Assembly (NCBI GenBank): GCA_044355085.1
Contig: JBIKYU010000004.1
Coordinates: 1 to 52,507, forward strand
DNA: 52,507 nucleotides
Source: Rickettsiales bacterium
GTDB lineage: Bacteria; Pseudomonadota; Alphaproteobacteria; Rickettsiales; JBIKYU01
Direction: 5' to 3'
This document shows positions 39,804 through 49,667 of this stretch, one piece after another. The notes beneath the pieces were generated by a model. It ran no database searches. It saw only the letters and a list, made by a program, of their open reading frames with translations, and had not been told where the DNA came from. How positions within the stretch are numbered: position 1 is the stretch's first letter; each line of letters opens with the position of its first letter. The translations under genes and the position numbers were made by a program.

Positions 39804-41342
39804 TTAGCCGATCATGTCTTCAGGCCTTACCCATTGATCAAATTGTTCGGCAGTTAAAAGCCCCAAAGCGAGAGCAGCAGCCTTTAGTGTGGTGCCTTCT
39901 TTGTGAGCATGTTTGGCAATTTTTGCGGCGTTGTCATAGCCAATATATGGATTGAGCGCGGTGACCAACATTAAAGATTGTTCAAGCAATTGCTTGATGC
40001 GCGCTTCATTAGCTTCAATTCCAACTAAGCAATTATCAATAAAACTGTTGATGCCATCAGACAGCAAATTGATTGACTCAATGACATTGCGAATAATCAT
40101 TGGGCGAAACACATTTAACTCAAAATGCCCTTGCATTCCGCCAGTTGTAACTGCCACATTATTTCCAATCACTTGGCAAGCAATCATAGTTAATGCTTCG
40201 CACTGAGTTGGGTTGACTTTTCCAGGCATTATTGAAGATCCGGGTTCGTTTTCTGGCAGTGAAATTTCTCCCAAGCCAGAGCGCGGACCGCTGGCAAGGA
40301 AGCGGATGTCGTTGGCAATTTTCATTATTGAATTGGCAAGAGTATTTAATGCGCCAGAAAAATGAACTAAGGAATCGCAAGTTGCTAGAGCTTCAAATTT
40401 ATTCCAAGCCGTTTCAAAGCCTTTTTTATCAAATTGTGCTTTAAAATTTGCAAAATCCCAATTCTTGTCCATTGATGAAAAATCATTCCATATTGCGCTG
40501 ATTTTATTTCTAACATCACTTATTTTTGAAACTTTATCGGCAAAAATTTTAGCAAATTCTTTATGGCAATTTAATCCTGTTCCAACCGCTGTGCCGCCTT
40601 GAGCGAGAAATAATATTCCGTCAATAGAATCACTAACTCTAATTATTGAAGAGAAAATTTGATAACGGTAAGCTGAAAATTCCTGACCCAGAGTTACAGG
40701 AGTTGCGTCTTGAGTGTGGGTTCTGCCAATTTTAATAATATGCTCAAATTTAATCGCCTTTTCATTTAGAGCTTTATAAAACTTCATTAATGACGGAAGC
40801 AATTTATCATAAATTCCAAGCACCGTTGCAATGTGCATCGCAGTTGGAAAAGTGTCATTCGAGCTTTGTCCTAAATTGACGTGATCATTGGGATGAACTG
40901 GAGATTTGCCGCCTTTCTCGCCAGTTGCTTTTTCGTTAGCAACCGAAGCAATCACTTCATTAACATTCATATTGGTTTGAGTGCCAGAGCCAGTTTGCCA
41001 AACCACCAATGGAAAATGATGAGCATAAAAATTTTCAAAATCAGCCAGAATAAAATCAACTGCCGCAACAATTTTATCGGCAATATCGGCGGAGAATTTT
41101 TTAAATTCAGTTGAGCTTGGGTCTTGCTGCATCAATTCTTTATTGGTGAGTGCCGCCGCTTTTTTAATATAAAGCATTGCGCGGATGACTTCCCTCGGCA
41201 TTTTGTGTCCAGCGTTATCAGTTTGAATCGGAAAATTTTGAACCGAACGCTGAGTTTGCGCGCCGTAATAACGATCTGCAGCGACAGCAATTTCACCAAA
41301 ACTATCAGTTTCAATACGTGTTTTCATAGGTTTAGAGACCAT
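39804..41342 (-). CDS. fumC: Class II fumarate hydratase with insertions
   Basis: [40 protein letters not shown]. Confidence 0.96.
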   Translation of the reverse strand: MVSKPMKTRIETDSFGEIAVAADRYYGAQTQRSVQNFPIQTDNAGHKMPREVIRAMLYIKKAAALTNKELMQQDPSSTEFKKFSADIADKIVAAVDFILADFENFYAHHFPLVVWQTGSGTQTNMNVNEVIASVANEKATGEKGGKSPVHPNDHVNLGQSSNDTFPTAMHIATVLGIYDKLLPSLMKFYKALNEKAIKFEHIIKIGRTHTQDATPVTLGQEFSAYRYQIFSSIIRVSDSIDGILFLAQGGTAVGTGLNCHKEFAKIFADKVSKISDVRNKISAIWNDFSSMDKNWDFANFKAQFDKKGFETAWNKFEALATCDSLVHFSGALNTLANSIMKIANDIRFLASGPRSGLGEISLPENEPGSSIMPGKVNPTQCEALTMIACQVIGNNVAVTTGGMQGHFELNVFRPMIIRNVIESINLLSDGINSFIDNCLVGIEANEARIKQLLEQSLMLVTALNPYIGYDNAAKIAKHAHKEGTTLKAAALALGLLTAEQFDQWVRPEDMIG

Positions 41343-41520
41343 TTTAGATAAAAAATTGTGGATTTTTGAGGATGCTTTTGCAGTAGAGAAAAATTCGCAA
41401 CTACAAATTTTTTAAAAATAGCGGCGCGCCTGTTACCATCTTTCTTGCGGAAGAGCAAATCTCTCTTTTCTGCAGGAGTGCTTTTATCTGAAACCTGCAA
41501 AAGATCAGTTTTATAAAAAT

Positions 41521-42168
41521 CTAGATGCGATTTCCTTGAATGATAATCACATCAGATTCAGCTTTTACTGAGAGAGCCAAACCAGCGCGATGGGCCAAAA
41601 AGACGGCCAAATAACCGTGCACATTGCGTGAGGTTACAAGGTTGGTAAGTTCAGCAGAAGGCTGCTCTAGAATTTGCGCCATGACGGGATCGTATTTCAC
41701 CTGTTTGCCGCGTCCAGTTATTTTAAGTGGCTGCAGCCCATCATCATCTGGCCATTGTAAGGTTATTTCTCCGCCATGAATTAAGGCATCGGAGACACAA
41801 AGCATCAGATTCAAAACTGATTGACAAAAAGCAGAGTTAGTAAGAATTGCACCAGCCTCTAAAATGCTTGGAAGTGGCTGTAGATTTGCTTTTCGTTGAA
41901 TGAGTAGAGCGCGTGCGTAGCCTTCTAAAATTTCCCATTGTGTCTCACCAACTTCGTGAACCATGCCTAATGCTTGGCGATAAAATAGCAGCCTGTCTAC
42001 TGCTTCTTTAGCGCTGCTCTCTACTAGGCCAATGGCTGAATCCATGGCGATGCCGTCGTTTTCGCGCCAGAATTCAACGCCATTATTTACTGCTCCCAGA
42101 GGGCCAGCTAAATCGTGACAAAGCCTTGTTGAAACCATTTGCGCTAGCTTTATTTCGTTGTCGCTCAT
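41521..42168 (-). CDS. chpT: Histidine phosphotransferase ChpT
   Basis: STRLCHDLAGPLGAVNNGVE, RLLFYRQALG, degenerate HATPase-like C-terminus; adjacent to ctrA. Confidence 0.92.
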   Translation of the reverse strand: MSDNEIKLAQMVSTRLCHDLAGPLGAVNNGVEFWRENDGIAMDSAIGLVESSAKEAVDRLLFYRQALGMVHEVGETQWEILEGYARALLIQRKANLQPLPSILEAGAILTNSAFCQSVLNLMLCVSDALIHGGEITLQWPDDDGLQPLKITGRGKQVKYDPVMAQILEQPSAELTNLVTSRNVHGYLAVFLAHRAGLALSVKAESDVIIIQGNRI

Positions 42169-42199
42169 GTGAAATACCTTGCTTGAAAACTAAATAAAT

Positions 42200-42224
42200 A
42201 AGGAAAGCTAGAGAAGCTTCCCTT
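42200..42224 (-). terminator. Possible terminator between ctrA and chpT
   Basis: Minus strand AAGGGAAGCT-TCTCT-AGCTTTCCTT then ATTTATTT. Confidence 0.5.
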
Positions 42225-42278
42225 TGGAAAAGATTGCGTCGCAAATGGCTTATTTGCTGATTTTTTAAATCAATAGAA

Positions 42279-43067
42279 CTAACGGAGAGAAACGACTTTA
42301 TTTTTTACAGCTTTTTCTGATTTTTTATCATCAGTTGGATTGTCGTCATCTTCATCAGGCTTGCTTGAGGCGTTATTTACCAAGCGTTCGCCATCTTCTT
42401 TTAGCATGTAACCCCGCCCCCAGACGGTTTCTACGTAATTAATTCCGCCAGTTGCTGTGGCAAGTTTTTTGCGGAGTTTGCAAATAAATACGTCGATGAT
42501 TTTTAAATCAGGTTCGTCAATTCCACCATAAAGATGATTCAAAAACATTTCTTTGGTTAGAATTGCGCCGCGTCGTAGTGCGATAAGTTCGAAAATTCCA
42601 TATTCCTTGCTGGTTAGATGAACGGTTTTGCCGTTTGCTTCAACCGAACGAGATTCCATGTTAAGAACAAGATGTTCGCCAATATGAATGTTTGAATCGG
42701 AATGACCTTTCGAACGCCTTACAATTGCTTGAATGCGCGCTAGTAGCTCGCCGCGATTAAAAGGTTTGGTGAGATAATCATCGGCACCAAAGCCCAAGCC
42801 TTTTATTTTTTGATCAACACCTGAGAGCCCAGAAAGAATCAAAATCGGAATCTTCACTTTTGCAGAGCGCAAACGCAGTAAAACTTCATAGCCGTCAATG
42901 TCTGGAAGCATTAAATCGAGAATGATTATGTCGTAATCATAGAGTTTTCCTATCTCAAGGCCCTCTTCCCCGAGGCGTGCTGAATCACAAACTATTCCTT
43001 CTGATGCCAGAGCTAGCTCTATTGAACGCGCCGTAGCTGAGTCATCTTCTACCAGGAGAACACGCAT
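42279..43067 (-). CDS. ctrA: Cell-cycle response regulator CtrA
   Basis: [58 protein letters not shown]. Confidence 0.97.
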   Translation of the reverse strand: MRVLLVEDDSATARSIELALASEGIVCDSARLGEEGLEIGKLYDYDIIILDLMLPDIDGYEVLLRLRSAKVKIPILILSGLSGVDQKIKGLGFGADDYLTKPFNRGELLARIQAIVRRSKGHSDSNIHIGEHLVLNMESRSVEANGKTVHLTSKEYGIFELIALRRGAILTKEMFLNHLYGGIDEPDLKIIDVFICKLRKKLATATGGINYVETVWGRGYMLKEDGERLVNNASSKPDEDDDNPTDDKKSEKAVKNKVVSLR

Positions 43068-43334
43068 ATTCTGTACCTTTCAGAGGGTTAGGAAGTGGCA
43101 TTCTGCCCAACCTTAAAAAGGAAAGCAAGCAGAGATTGCCGCTTCTTTGTAAAAAACCACTTTGCGAGCAGCTCACAAACCGCTAGAAACCTCACTCAAT
43201 TTGGATATATATGCTAGATGAAGTTTAAGCAGCGCGAAAATATCGACAGGCAGTTAATGTGCGCAAAGCTTGGTAAATCCAGGCTTTCAAGGTATGAAAA
43301 GACTTAAATCTGGTTTCAAGATAAGGGGCTGCTA

Positions 43335-44825
43335 ATGACAATTTCTGCCGAACTGAAAGTGCGCCAACATATAACTCGGGGCCGATTTTTTCTTCTGCAA
43401 TTGCTGCCGCCAATCGCGGCAATCGCAATTATAGCAGCGGAATCACATATTCCGCTTCCTCCAGCTATGACTCGCGTCCTTGCCATAATGATGTGGATGA
43501 TTGTTTGGTGGTTGTCGGAAATTATTCCGCTTGGCGTGACGGCGCTATTGCCGATTCTGTGTTTTCCGCTTTTAGGAATAATGGATTTGCGTACGGCGAC
43601 TTCAGCTTATGGTGATCCGATAGTGTTCTTGTTCATGGGTGGAATGATTCTAGCGATGGCCTTAGAAAAATGGCAGCTGCATCGGCGCTTGTCGTTATAT
43701 ATTCTGCGCTTCACAGGGCATAGTCCGCGAGGAATTTTGCTGGGCTTTATGGTGGCGACTGCGTTTATAAGCCTGTGGATTAGTAATACGGCGACAACTT
43801 TGATGATGTTGCCTTTGGTACTTTCAGTTTTGCGCGCTATTGGGCAAGAAGATATTGGCGATAAAAATTCTAGTCTGCGTCCGTTTGCAGTGGCGCTTTT
43901 GCTTGGCGTTGCTTACGCATCGAGCATAGGCGGAATGGGCACTTTAATTGGTACTCCGACCAATGCAGTTTTTGCTTCATATTCTGCGCGTTACAATAAT
44001 ATCGGCATTAATTTTGGCGAATGGATGATTAATATCATTCCGCTGGTTCTGATTTTATTCATTGTGACATGGTTTTTGCTTGGAGCAAGATTGCGTCGCA
44101 TTGATAATGATGCGTTTAAAAATGCTCTGGAGAAACTGTCTTCTGAACGCCGCTCTCTTGGTAAGATTGGGCCAGATGAGAAAAAAATGCTGTTAGTTTT
44201 TTTTATAACTGCATTTCTTTGGATGTTTCACAATCCGATCACGGGCTATCTGAATTTGCCAGCGCTTTCTGATACAGCAATTGCTGTTGCTGCAGCGATA
44301 TCGTTGTTTTTTATTCCAGCAAGAGATAGCAAGTCGCAATTTTTGTTGGAATGGCATGATATTCAGCGCATGCCGTGGAATATTTTATTGTTATTTGGTG
44401 GCGGTTTGTGTTTGGCAAGTGCGCTTGAATCAAGCGGAACCCTGCAATGGTTAGGCAATAATTTTCTGAGTGATTTACAAGCTTGGCATCCTTTAATGGC
44501 AATGCTTGCTGTGACGCTGTTGGTTACTTTTTTGAGCGAAATAATGAGCAATGTTGCGTTGATCACGATTTTGCTGCCGATGCTGCATGCGATTTCAATT
44601 GCTTCGGACATTCCGTTTTTTGTGATTGCGGTGCCAGCGACATTAGCGGCAAGCTGTGGATTTATGCTGCCGATGGCGACTCCGCCAAATGCGATTGTGT
44701 TCTCAAGCGGTAGCATCAGAATTCATGAAATGATGCGTTCAGGATTGGCGCTTAATCTTGTCGCTTCTCTGATTATCGCGCTTTACATGCAGTTGCCATT
44801 CTTAAAGCAGTTTCTAGAGCCATGA
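43335..44825 (+). CDS. SLC13/DASS-family anion (dicarboxylate/sulfate) transporter
   Basis: WISNTAT, GTPTN, MSNVA, PMATPPNAIV motifs. Confidence 0.93.
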   Translation: MTISAELKVRQHITRGRFFLLQLLPPIAAIAIIAAESHIPLPPAMTRVLAIMMWMIVWWLSEIIPLGVTALLPILCFPLLGIMDLRTATSAYGDPIVFLFMGGMILAMALEKWQLHRRLSLYILRFTGHSPRGILLGFMVATAFISLWISNTATTLMMLPLVLSVLRAIGQEDIGDKNSSLRPFAVALLLGVAYASSIGGMGTLIGTPTNAVFASYSARYNNIGINFGEWMINIIPLVLILFIVTWFLLGARLRRIDNDAFKNALEKLSSERRSLGKIGPDEKKMLLVFFITAFLWMFHNPITGYLNLPALSDTAIAVAAAISLFFIPARDSKSQFLLEWHDIQRMPWNILLLFGGGLCLASALESSGTLQWLGNNFLSDLQAWHPLMAMLAVTLLVTFLSEIMSNVALITILLPMLHAISIASDIPFFVIAVPATLAASCGFMLPMATPPNAIVFSSGSIRIHEMMRSGLALNLVASLIIALYMQLPFLKQFLEP

Positions 44826-46150
44826 GCAGCGCGCTGCTAGTAAAGACAAAAGAGGCTTTAAAAACTATTCGTCCGAATCAATGGTATGGCGAAGTTTCTT
44901 CTGTGCGCGGCCTTTTGATTGAATGTCAGGGCGCGCAGAATTTAGTTCATATTGGTACGCGTTGCCAAATTCATACTCGCACAGCGCAAAAAATTCTGGC
45001 TGAAGTAATCGGTTTGCAGAGCGATAAGGCATTGATTTTGCCGTTTACTGATCCTGAGGGAATAGGCCTTGGTTGTCGTGTCGATATTTTGCCTGAGGAA
45101 GATTCTCTCTATCCATGTGATGCTTGGATTGGTCGTGTTTTGAATGCTTTGGGTAAGCCACTTGATGATGATCGGCCTTTGGAGCAAGGGGCTGAGGCTT
45201 ATAGTTTGCGAGCTTCTCCGCCGCCTGCTTATCAGCGCAGACGCGTGAATGGAAAATTAGAATTGGGCGTGCGGGCGCTGAATAGTTTTTTGACCTGTTG
45301 CCGTGGTCAAAGAATGGGAATTTTTGCTGGTTCTGGTGTCGGAAAATCGATGCTAATTTCAATGCTGGCAAAATATTCTGGTGCTGATGTTAATGTGATC
45401 GGCTTGGTTGGTGAGCGCGGGCGCGAAGTGCAGGAATTTATCGAAGATTATTTAGGGCCAGAAGGTTGCAAGCGCTCAGTCGTAGTGGTGGCAACTGGAG
45501 ATGAATCGGCGCTAATGCGTAGACAAGCAGCCTATACAACGCTTACCATTGCTGAATATTTTCGCAATCAAGGAAAAGATGTTTTGTGCTTTGTTGATAG
45601 TGTAACGCGTGTGGCGATGGCGCAGCGGGAAATAGGCTTGGCATCAGGTGAGCCACCAACAACAAAAGGCTATACGCCAACGGTTTTTTCAGAATTACCA
45701 AAATTGTTGGAGCGCGCTGGTCCAGGCACAGAAAATCAAGGAAATATAACCGGCTTTTTTAGCGTTTTGGTCGAGGGTGATGATCATAACGAACCAATCG
45801 CAGATACTGTGCGCGGAATTTTGGATGGCCATATTGTGCTCGACCGCAATATCGCTGAACGCGGTCGTTTCCCAGCGATTAATATTCTGAAAAGCATTTC
45901 ACGGACGATGCCGAATTGCAATTCAGCGGAGGAAAATCAGCTGATTTCGCGCGCGCGCTTGCTGATGGCTACTTACAGCAATATGGAAGAGTTGATTCGA
46001 CTTGGTGCCTATAAAAAAGGTAGTGATGCGCAAGTTGATGAAGCAATAAAATATCGCGATGCGCTGGAGGAATTTCTGCGCCAAGCGCCAAATGAGCATG
46101 TAACGCTTGCAGATAGCTATGCTGATTTAGCTAAGGTTCTGGCAGCTTAG
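44822..46150 (+). CDS. fliI: Flagellar export ATPase FliI
   Basis: GQRMGIFAGSGVGKS, GERGREV, GEPPTTKGY, LDGHIVL. Confidence 0.96.
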   Translation: MSSALLVKTKEALKTIRPNQWYGEVSSVRGLLIECQGAQNLVHIGTRCQIHTRTAQKILAEVIGLQSDKALILPFTDPEGIGLGCRVDILPEEDSLYPCDAWIGRVLNALGKPLDDDRPLEQGAEAYSLRASPPPAYQRRRVNGKLELGVRALNSFLTCCRGQRMGIFAGSGVGKSMLISMLAKYSGADVNVIGLVGERGREVQEFIEDYLGPEGCKRSVVVVATGDESALMRRQAAYTTLTIAEYFRNQGKDVLCFVDSVTRVAMAQREIGLASGEPPTTKGYTPTVFSELPKLLERAGPGTENQGNITGFFSVLVEGDDHNEPIADTVRGILDGHIVLDRNIAERGRFPAINILKSISRTMPNCNSAEENQLISRARLLMATYSNMEELIRLGAYKKGSDAQVDEAIKYRDALEEFLRQAPNEHVTLADSYADLAKVLAA

Positions 46151-46295
46151 TGATATTGCTCATGATTGCCTTGATCGGCAATTCACGCTTTGCTTAGCAG
46201 TGAAAATTTCTTTTTGCCTTTTCAGAATAAGGCGCTATGGCCATTTGGAGTTTATATTTTAAAGCAGAATTTAGGAATTATGCGGAGAGCAACTT

Positions 46296-46670
46296 GTGAA
46301 TAAGCCAGATAAAACTAAAAAAATAAAACCAGCAGAATTGATGAATTCAGAGACATTAAAAAAATTGATTGAAGCCGAGCTAGATGACGCAAAAGCTGAG
46401 GAAATCACAGTTATTGATCTCGCAGGGAAAACCGATATTGCCGATTATATGATCGTTGCATCGGGGCGCTCTGATCGCCATGTTGCAGCAATCGCGGATC
46501 GTGTGGCGGAGGCGCTCAAAAAAGCAGGTTGCCAAGATTTATCAGTTGAAGGAAAAGAAAAAGCTGATTGGGTGTTGGTTGATGCGATCGATGTAATCGT
46601 GCATTTATTCAGGCAAGAGGTGCGTGAATATTATAATCTGGAGAAAATGTGGGCGGCGCCAATGCGCTGA
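46296..46670 (+). CDS. rsfS: Ribosome silencing factor (Iojap)
   Basis: LDDAKAEEI, ADYMIVASG, DWVLVD, REYYNLEKMW. Confidence 0.97.
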   Translation: MNKPDKTKKIKPAELMNSETLKKLIEAELDDAKAEEITVIDLAGKTDIADYMIVASGRSDRHVAAIADRVAEALKKAGCQDLSVEGKEKADWVLVDAIDVIVHLFRQEVREYYNLEKMWAAPMR

Positions 46671-46709
46671 TACTCACAGAAATAGAGCTTCTTGGTGGTT
46701 TTAATTCTT

Positions 46710-46862
46710 TGTATTTTTTAGCAAAAAGCTTGTTTGATTGCGTGGCTGCGCTTCGTCTAATCTAAGGTCTGACCTTGAATTAGGCAGATAGATGGTGACT
46801 ACAAACCATGCGTGCGCCTTCTTAAAAAGCTTGCAGTTCGTCGTTATAGTTAAAAATATGCA
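46710..46862. repeat. Degenerate intergenic palindromic element
   Basis: Central hairpin GTCTAATCTAAGGTC-T-GACCTTGAATTAGGC; imperfect outer IR TGTATTTTTTAGC / GTTAAAAATATGCA; AAAAAGCTTG twice. Confidence 0.35.
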
Positions 46863-46869
46863 ATGGCAT

Positions 46870-47802
46870 TTAACCAGTTAAATGCCTGAAGACATCTTCT
46901 AGATCTGGCTCTTTGGTTGAAAGATCGCGGATGGTTAGGTGCGATTGATTGATAGCATCAAGAATTTTATTCGGCGTGACCTGGCTGCGTTGATAAGCAA
47001 AAACGATAGTTCCGTTTTCCTGTAGGCTTGGGCTAAATTGCTGCAGATTTTCTGGCACTGCAGATAGTGGCTCGGCAAAAGTGATAGTTAGTGTTTTGTG
47101 ATCAAGCAATTGCATGAGATTTTTTTTACTATCGTTGGCGATAATTTTCCCGTGATTGATAACAGCTATGTGATCGCAAAGTGCTTCTGCTTCTTCCAGA
47201 TAATGAGTGGTAAGTAAAATTGTGGTGCCACGGCGATTTAATTCGCGCACATAATCCCAAAGCTGCGTGCGGAGTTCAACATCAACGCCTGCTGTTGGTT
47301 CGTCGAGAATTAGAACTTCTGGCGTATGTACTAATGCTTTTGCGACTAGCAATCTGCGTCGCATTCCGCCTGAGAGCGAGCGCGCGGGCGAGAAGGCTTT
47401 CTCCTTCAGTCCGAGTGCCTCGATAATTTCCATCGAGCGGCGTTTTTCTTTTGGTACGCCGTAAAAACCAGCGGTGTTTTCCAGAACTTCATAAGCAGGA
47501 AAAAATGGATCAAGAATTAGCTCTTGTGGAACTACGCCAAGAGCGCGGCGTGCAGCGCGCATATCGCGCTCGATATCAAAGCCACAGACTTCAGCCGAGC
47601 CAGAAGTTTTCAAAACTATGCCAGAAATTATGTTGATCAGCGTTGATTTTCCTGCGCCATTCGGCCCAAGTAGTGCGAAAAATGCGCCGCGCGGAACGGT
47701 CAATGAGACATCAGACAATGCCGTTTTTTCTGTACCAGTTTTCGTGCGATAAGTTTTACATAAATTTTTTATCGACAGGGCTGGAGATGATTTATCAAGC
47801 AT
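46870..47802 (-). CDS. ABC transporter ATP-binding protein (YadG-like)
   Basis: GPNGAGKST, LSGGMRRR, LDEPTAGVD, TTHYLEEAE. Confidence 0.94.
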   Translation of the reverse strand: MLDKSSPALSIKNLCKTYRTKTGTEKTALSDVSLTVPRGAFFALLGPNGAGKSTLINIISGIVLKTSGSAEVCGFDIERDMRAARRALGVVPQELILDPFFPAYEVLENTAGFYGVPKEKRRSMEIIEALGLKEKAFSPARSLSGGMRRRLLVAKALVHTPEVLILDEPTAGVDVELRTQLWDYVRELNRRGTTILLTTHYLEEAEALCDHIAVINHGKIIANDSKKNLMQLLDHKTLTITFAEPLSAVPENLQQFSPSLQENGTIVFAYQRSQVTPNKILDAINQSHLTIRDLSTKEPDLEDVFRHLTG

Positions 47803-48133
47803 GAGGCTGAATATTTTTTGCAGTTAGAAGCGCTTGCAGCTCCCCGTTTTCATACATTTCACGAGCAATATCGCAGCCGCCGATAAATTCGCCTTTGATG
47901 TAGAGCTGCGGCAGAGTTGGCCAATCGCTGAAGGATTTAACGGCATTGCGGAGCTCTTGGTCTTTCAAAATATCGATGCCTTTGAAGCCAACTTTTAAAT
48001 TTTTTAGAATGCTGCAAACCGTTGCAGAAAATCCGCACATCGGTGCAGAAGGCGAGCCTTTCATGAATAAAACAATATCGTTGTTTCGGATTTCATGGCG
48101 AATAGAGTCGAAAAGTGGGTTTGTATCAGGCAT
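47795..48133 (-). CDS. grxD: Monothiol glutaredoxin (Grx4)
   Basis: FMKG, CGFS, WPTLPQLY, GGCD. Confidence 0.97.
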   Translation of the reverse strand: MPDTNPLFDSIRHEIRNNDIVLFMKGSPSAPMCGFSATVCSILKNLKVGFKGIDILKDQELRNAVKSFSDWPTLPQLYIKGEFIGGCDIAREMYENGELQALLTAKNIQPHA

Positions 48134-48144
48134 TTTTTTCTCTT

Positions 48145-48375
48145 TTATTTTTCGTGAGTTTGTAATTGCAAAGCATGGAGAGCGCCGCCCATATTTCCCT
48201 GCAAGGCTTGGTAAACCATTTTATGTTGTAAAACGCGGCTTTTTCCGCTGAAAGCAGAGCTGATAATTTTCACCGACCAGTGATCATCATCGCCAGCTAA
48301 GTCTGTAATGGTAATATCGGCGTCAGGAAAAGCGCTTTTTATAAATGATTCAAGCTGTTCTTTTGCCATAGGCAT
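48145..48375 (-). CDS. BolA/IbaG-family protein
   Basis: DDDHW, FSGKSRVLQHKMVY, LHALQL; start ATG 48375 behind GGAG; upstream of grxD. Confidence 0.94.
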   Translation of the reverse strand: MPMAKEQLESFIKSAFPDADITITDLAGDDDHWSVKIISSAFSGKSRVLQHKMVYQALQGNMGGALHALQLQTHEK

Positions 48376-48527
48376 GGCGGATTCTCCAGTTTTTTTGCGT
48401 GTAGATCGCAGTTCGCTTAGCATGCAAGACTTACAAAAGTAAAGAAAATTTTCCTTTTTAAGTAAGTCATTGATCGAGTAGACTGACCGCCCCCTTCGCT
48501 TGGGGCTTATAAATAATTGGAGAAATT

Positions 48528-49667
48528 ATGCAAAAAGCGGCGATAAATCTCGCAAATGCCCATTGCGTTGTGATTAAAATTGGCTCCGCCCTTGTGGTTG
48601 ATCAACAAAGCGGGAATGCCAGAATTTCTTGGCTGCGCTCACTTGTTGAAGATGTTGTGGCTTTGCGCGCGCTTGGAATTCGCGTGGTGATTGTAAGCTC
48701 TGGTGCGGTGGCGTTGGGCCGTAAATATATTCCGATTCAGCGTGCGGTGATGCGCTTGGAGGAAAAACAAGCAGCGGCGGCTTGCGGGCAAATCGAGCTG
48801 GTGCGCTATTATCGTAGGATGTTTGCGCCGCATGGAGTTCACGCGGCGCAAATTTTGCTAACTTTGCGTGATTCGGAAGATCGTCGTCGTTATTTGAATG
48901 CGCGCAATACGCTGCAAACTTTGCTGAATGCAAATATCGTTCCTGTGATTAATGAAAATGATACTGTCGCAACAACCGAGCTGCGCTTTGGTGATAATGA
49001 TCGCTTGGCGGCGCGTGTGGCGCAAATGGTTGGCGCGGATGTGCTGGTTTTATTGTCAGATATTGATGGGCTGTATAGCGCGAATCCCAAGCTTTATCCT
49101 GATGCGGTGCATCTTCCTATTGTGCATGAAATTTCTCCTGAAATAGAAGCAATGGCTGGTAATTCGATTTCGAATATGAGCTCTGGTGGAATGGTGACAA
49201 AAATAGAAGCAGCAAAAATTGCGATGATGAGCGGCTGTTATATGGCGATTTTGAAAGGCAAGCGTCGCAATCCTTTGCAGGCATTATTAGAAGAGCGCGC
49301 AAAAGTAACTTGGTTTACTCCGCAGGAATCTCCCGCAAATGCCCGTAAAACCTGGATTGCAAGCATGTTGCAAAGTAAGGGAGAATTAATTGTTGATGAT
49401 GGCGCTTTGCGCGCACTGCGCACGGGAAAAAGTTTGTTGCCAGCTGGCGTGGTTGATATTCGTGGAAAGTTTGATCGCGGTGATCCAGTGATAATTCGTG
49501 ATTGCCGAATGAAAGATATTGGGCGCGGCTTGGTCGCTTATGCAAGCGAAGATGCGGAATTAATCAAAGGTCATCATAGTCGCGAGATCGAGAATATCGT
49601 TGGTTTTTCTGGTCGTGATGAGTTGGTTCATCGTGACGATATGGTTTTGTGGGATGTAAAAGAATGA
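48528..49667 (+). CDS. proB: Glutamate 5-kinase
   Basis: VIKIGS, SSGAV, INENDTV, FGDND, GGMVTK, C-terminal PUA domain. Confidence 0.98.
   Translation: MQKAAINLANAHCVVIKIGSALVVDQQSGNARISWLRSLVEDVVALRALGIRVVIVSSGAVALGRKYIPIQRAVMRLEEKQAAAACGQIELVRYYRRMFAPHGVHAAQILLTLRDSEDRRRYLNARNTLQTLLNANIVPVINENDTVATTELRFGDNDRLAARVAQMVGADVLVLLSDIDGLYSANPKLYPDAVHLPIVHEISPEIEAMAGNSISNMSSGGMVTKIEAAKIAMMSGCYMAILKGKRRNPLQALLEERAKVTWFTPQESPANARKTWIASMLQSKGELIVDDGALRALRTGKSLLPAGVVDIRGKFDRGDPVIIRDCRMKDIGRGLVAYASEDAELIKGHHSREIENIVGFSGRDELVHRDDMVLWDVKE

Noticed and set aside
40421-40520. fumC insertion as an in-frame RPE, intein or intron
   Set aside because: No palindromic arms, no intein C/S...HN termini and too short for a self-splicing element.
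43068-43334. CtrA autoregulatory TTAA-N7-TTAA boxes
   Set aside because: Isolated TTAA half-sites exist, but I found no correctly spaced pair.
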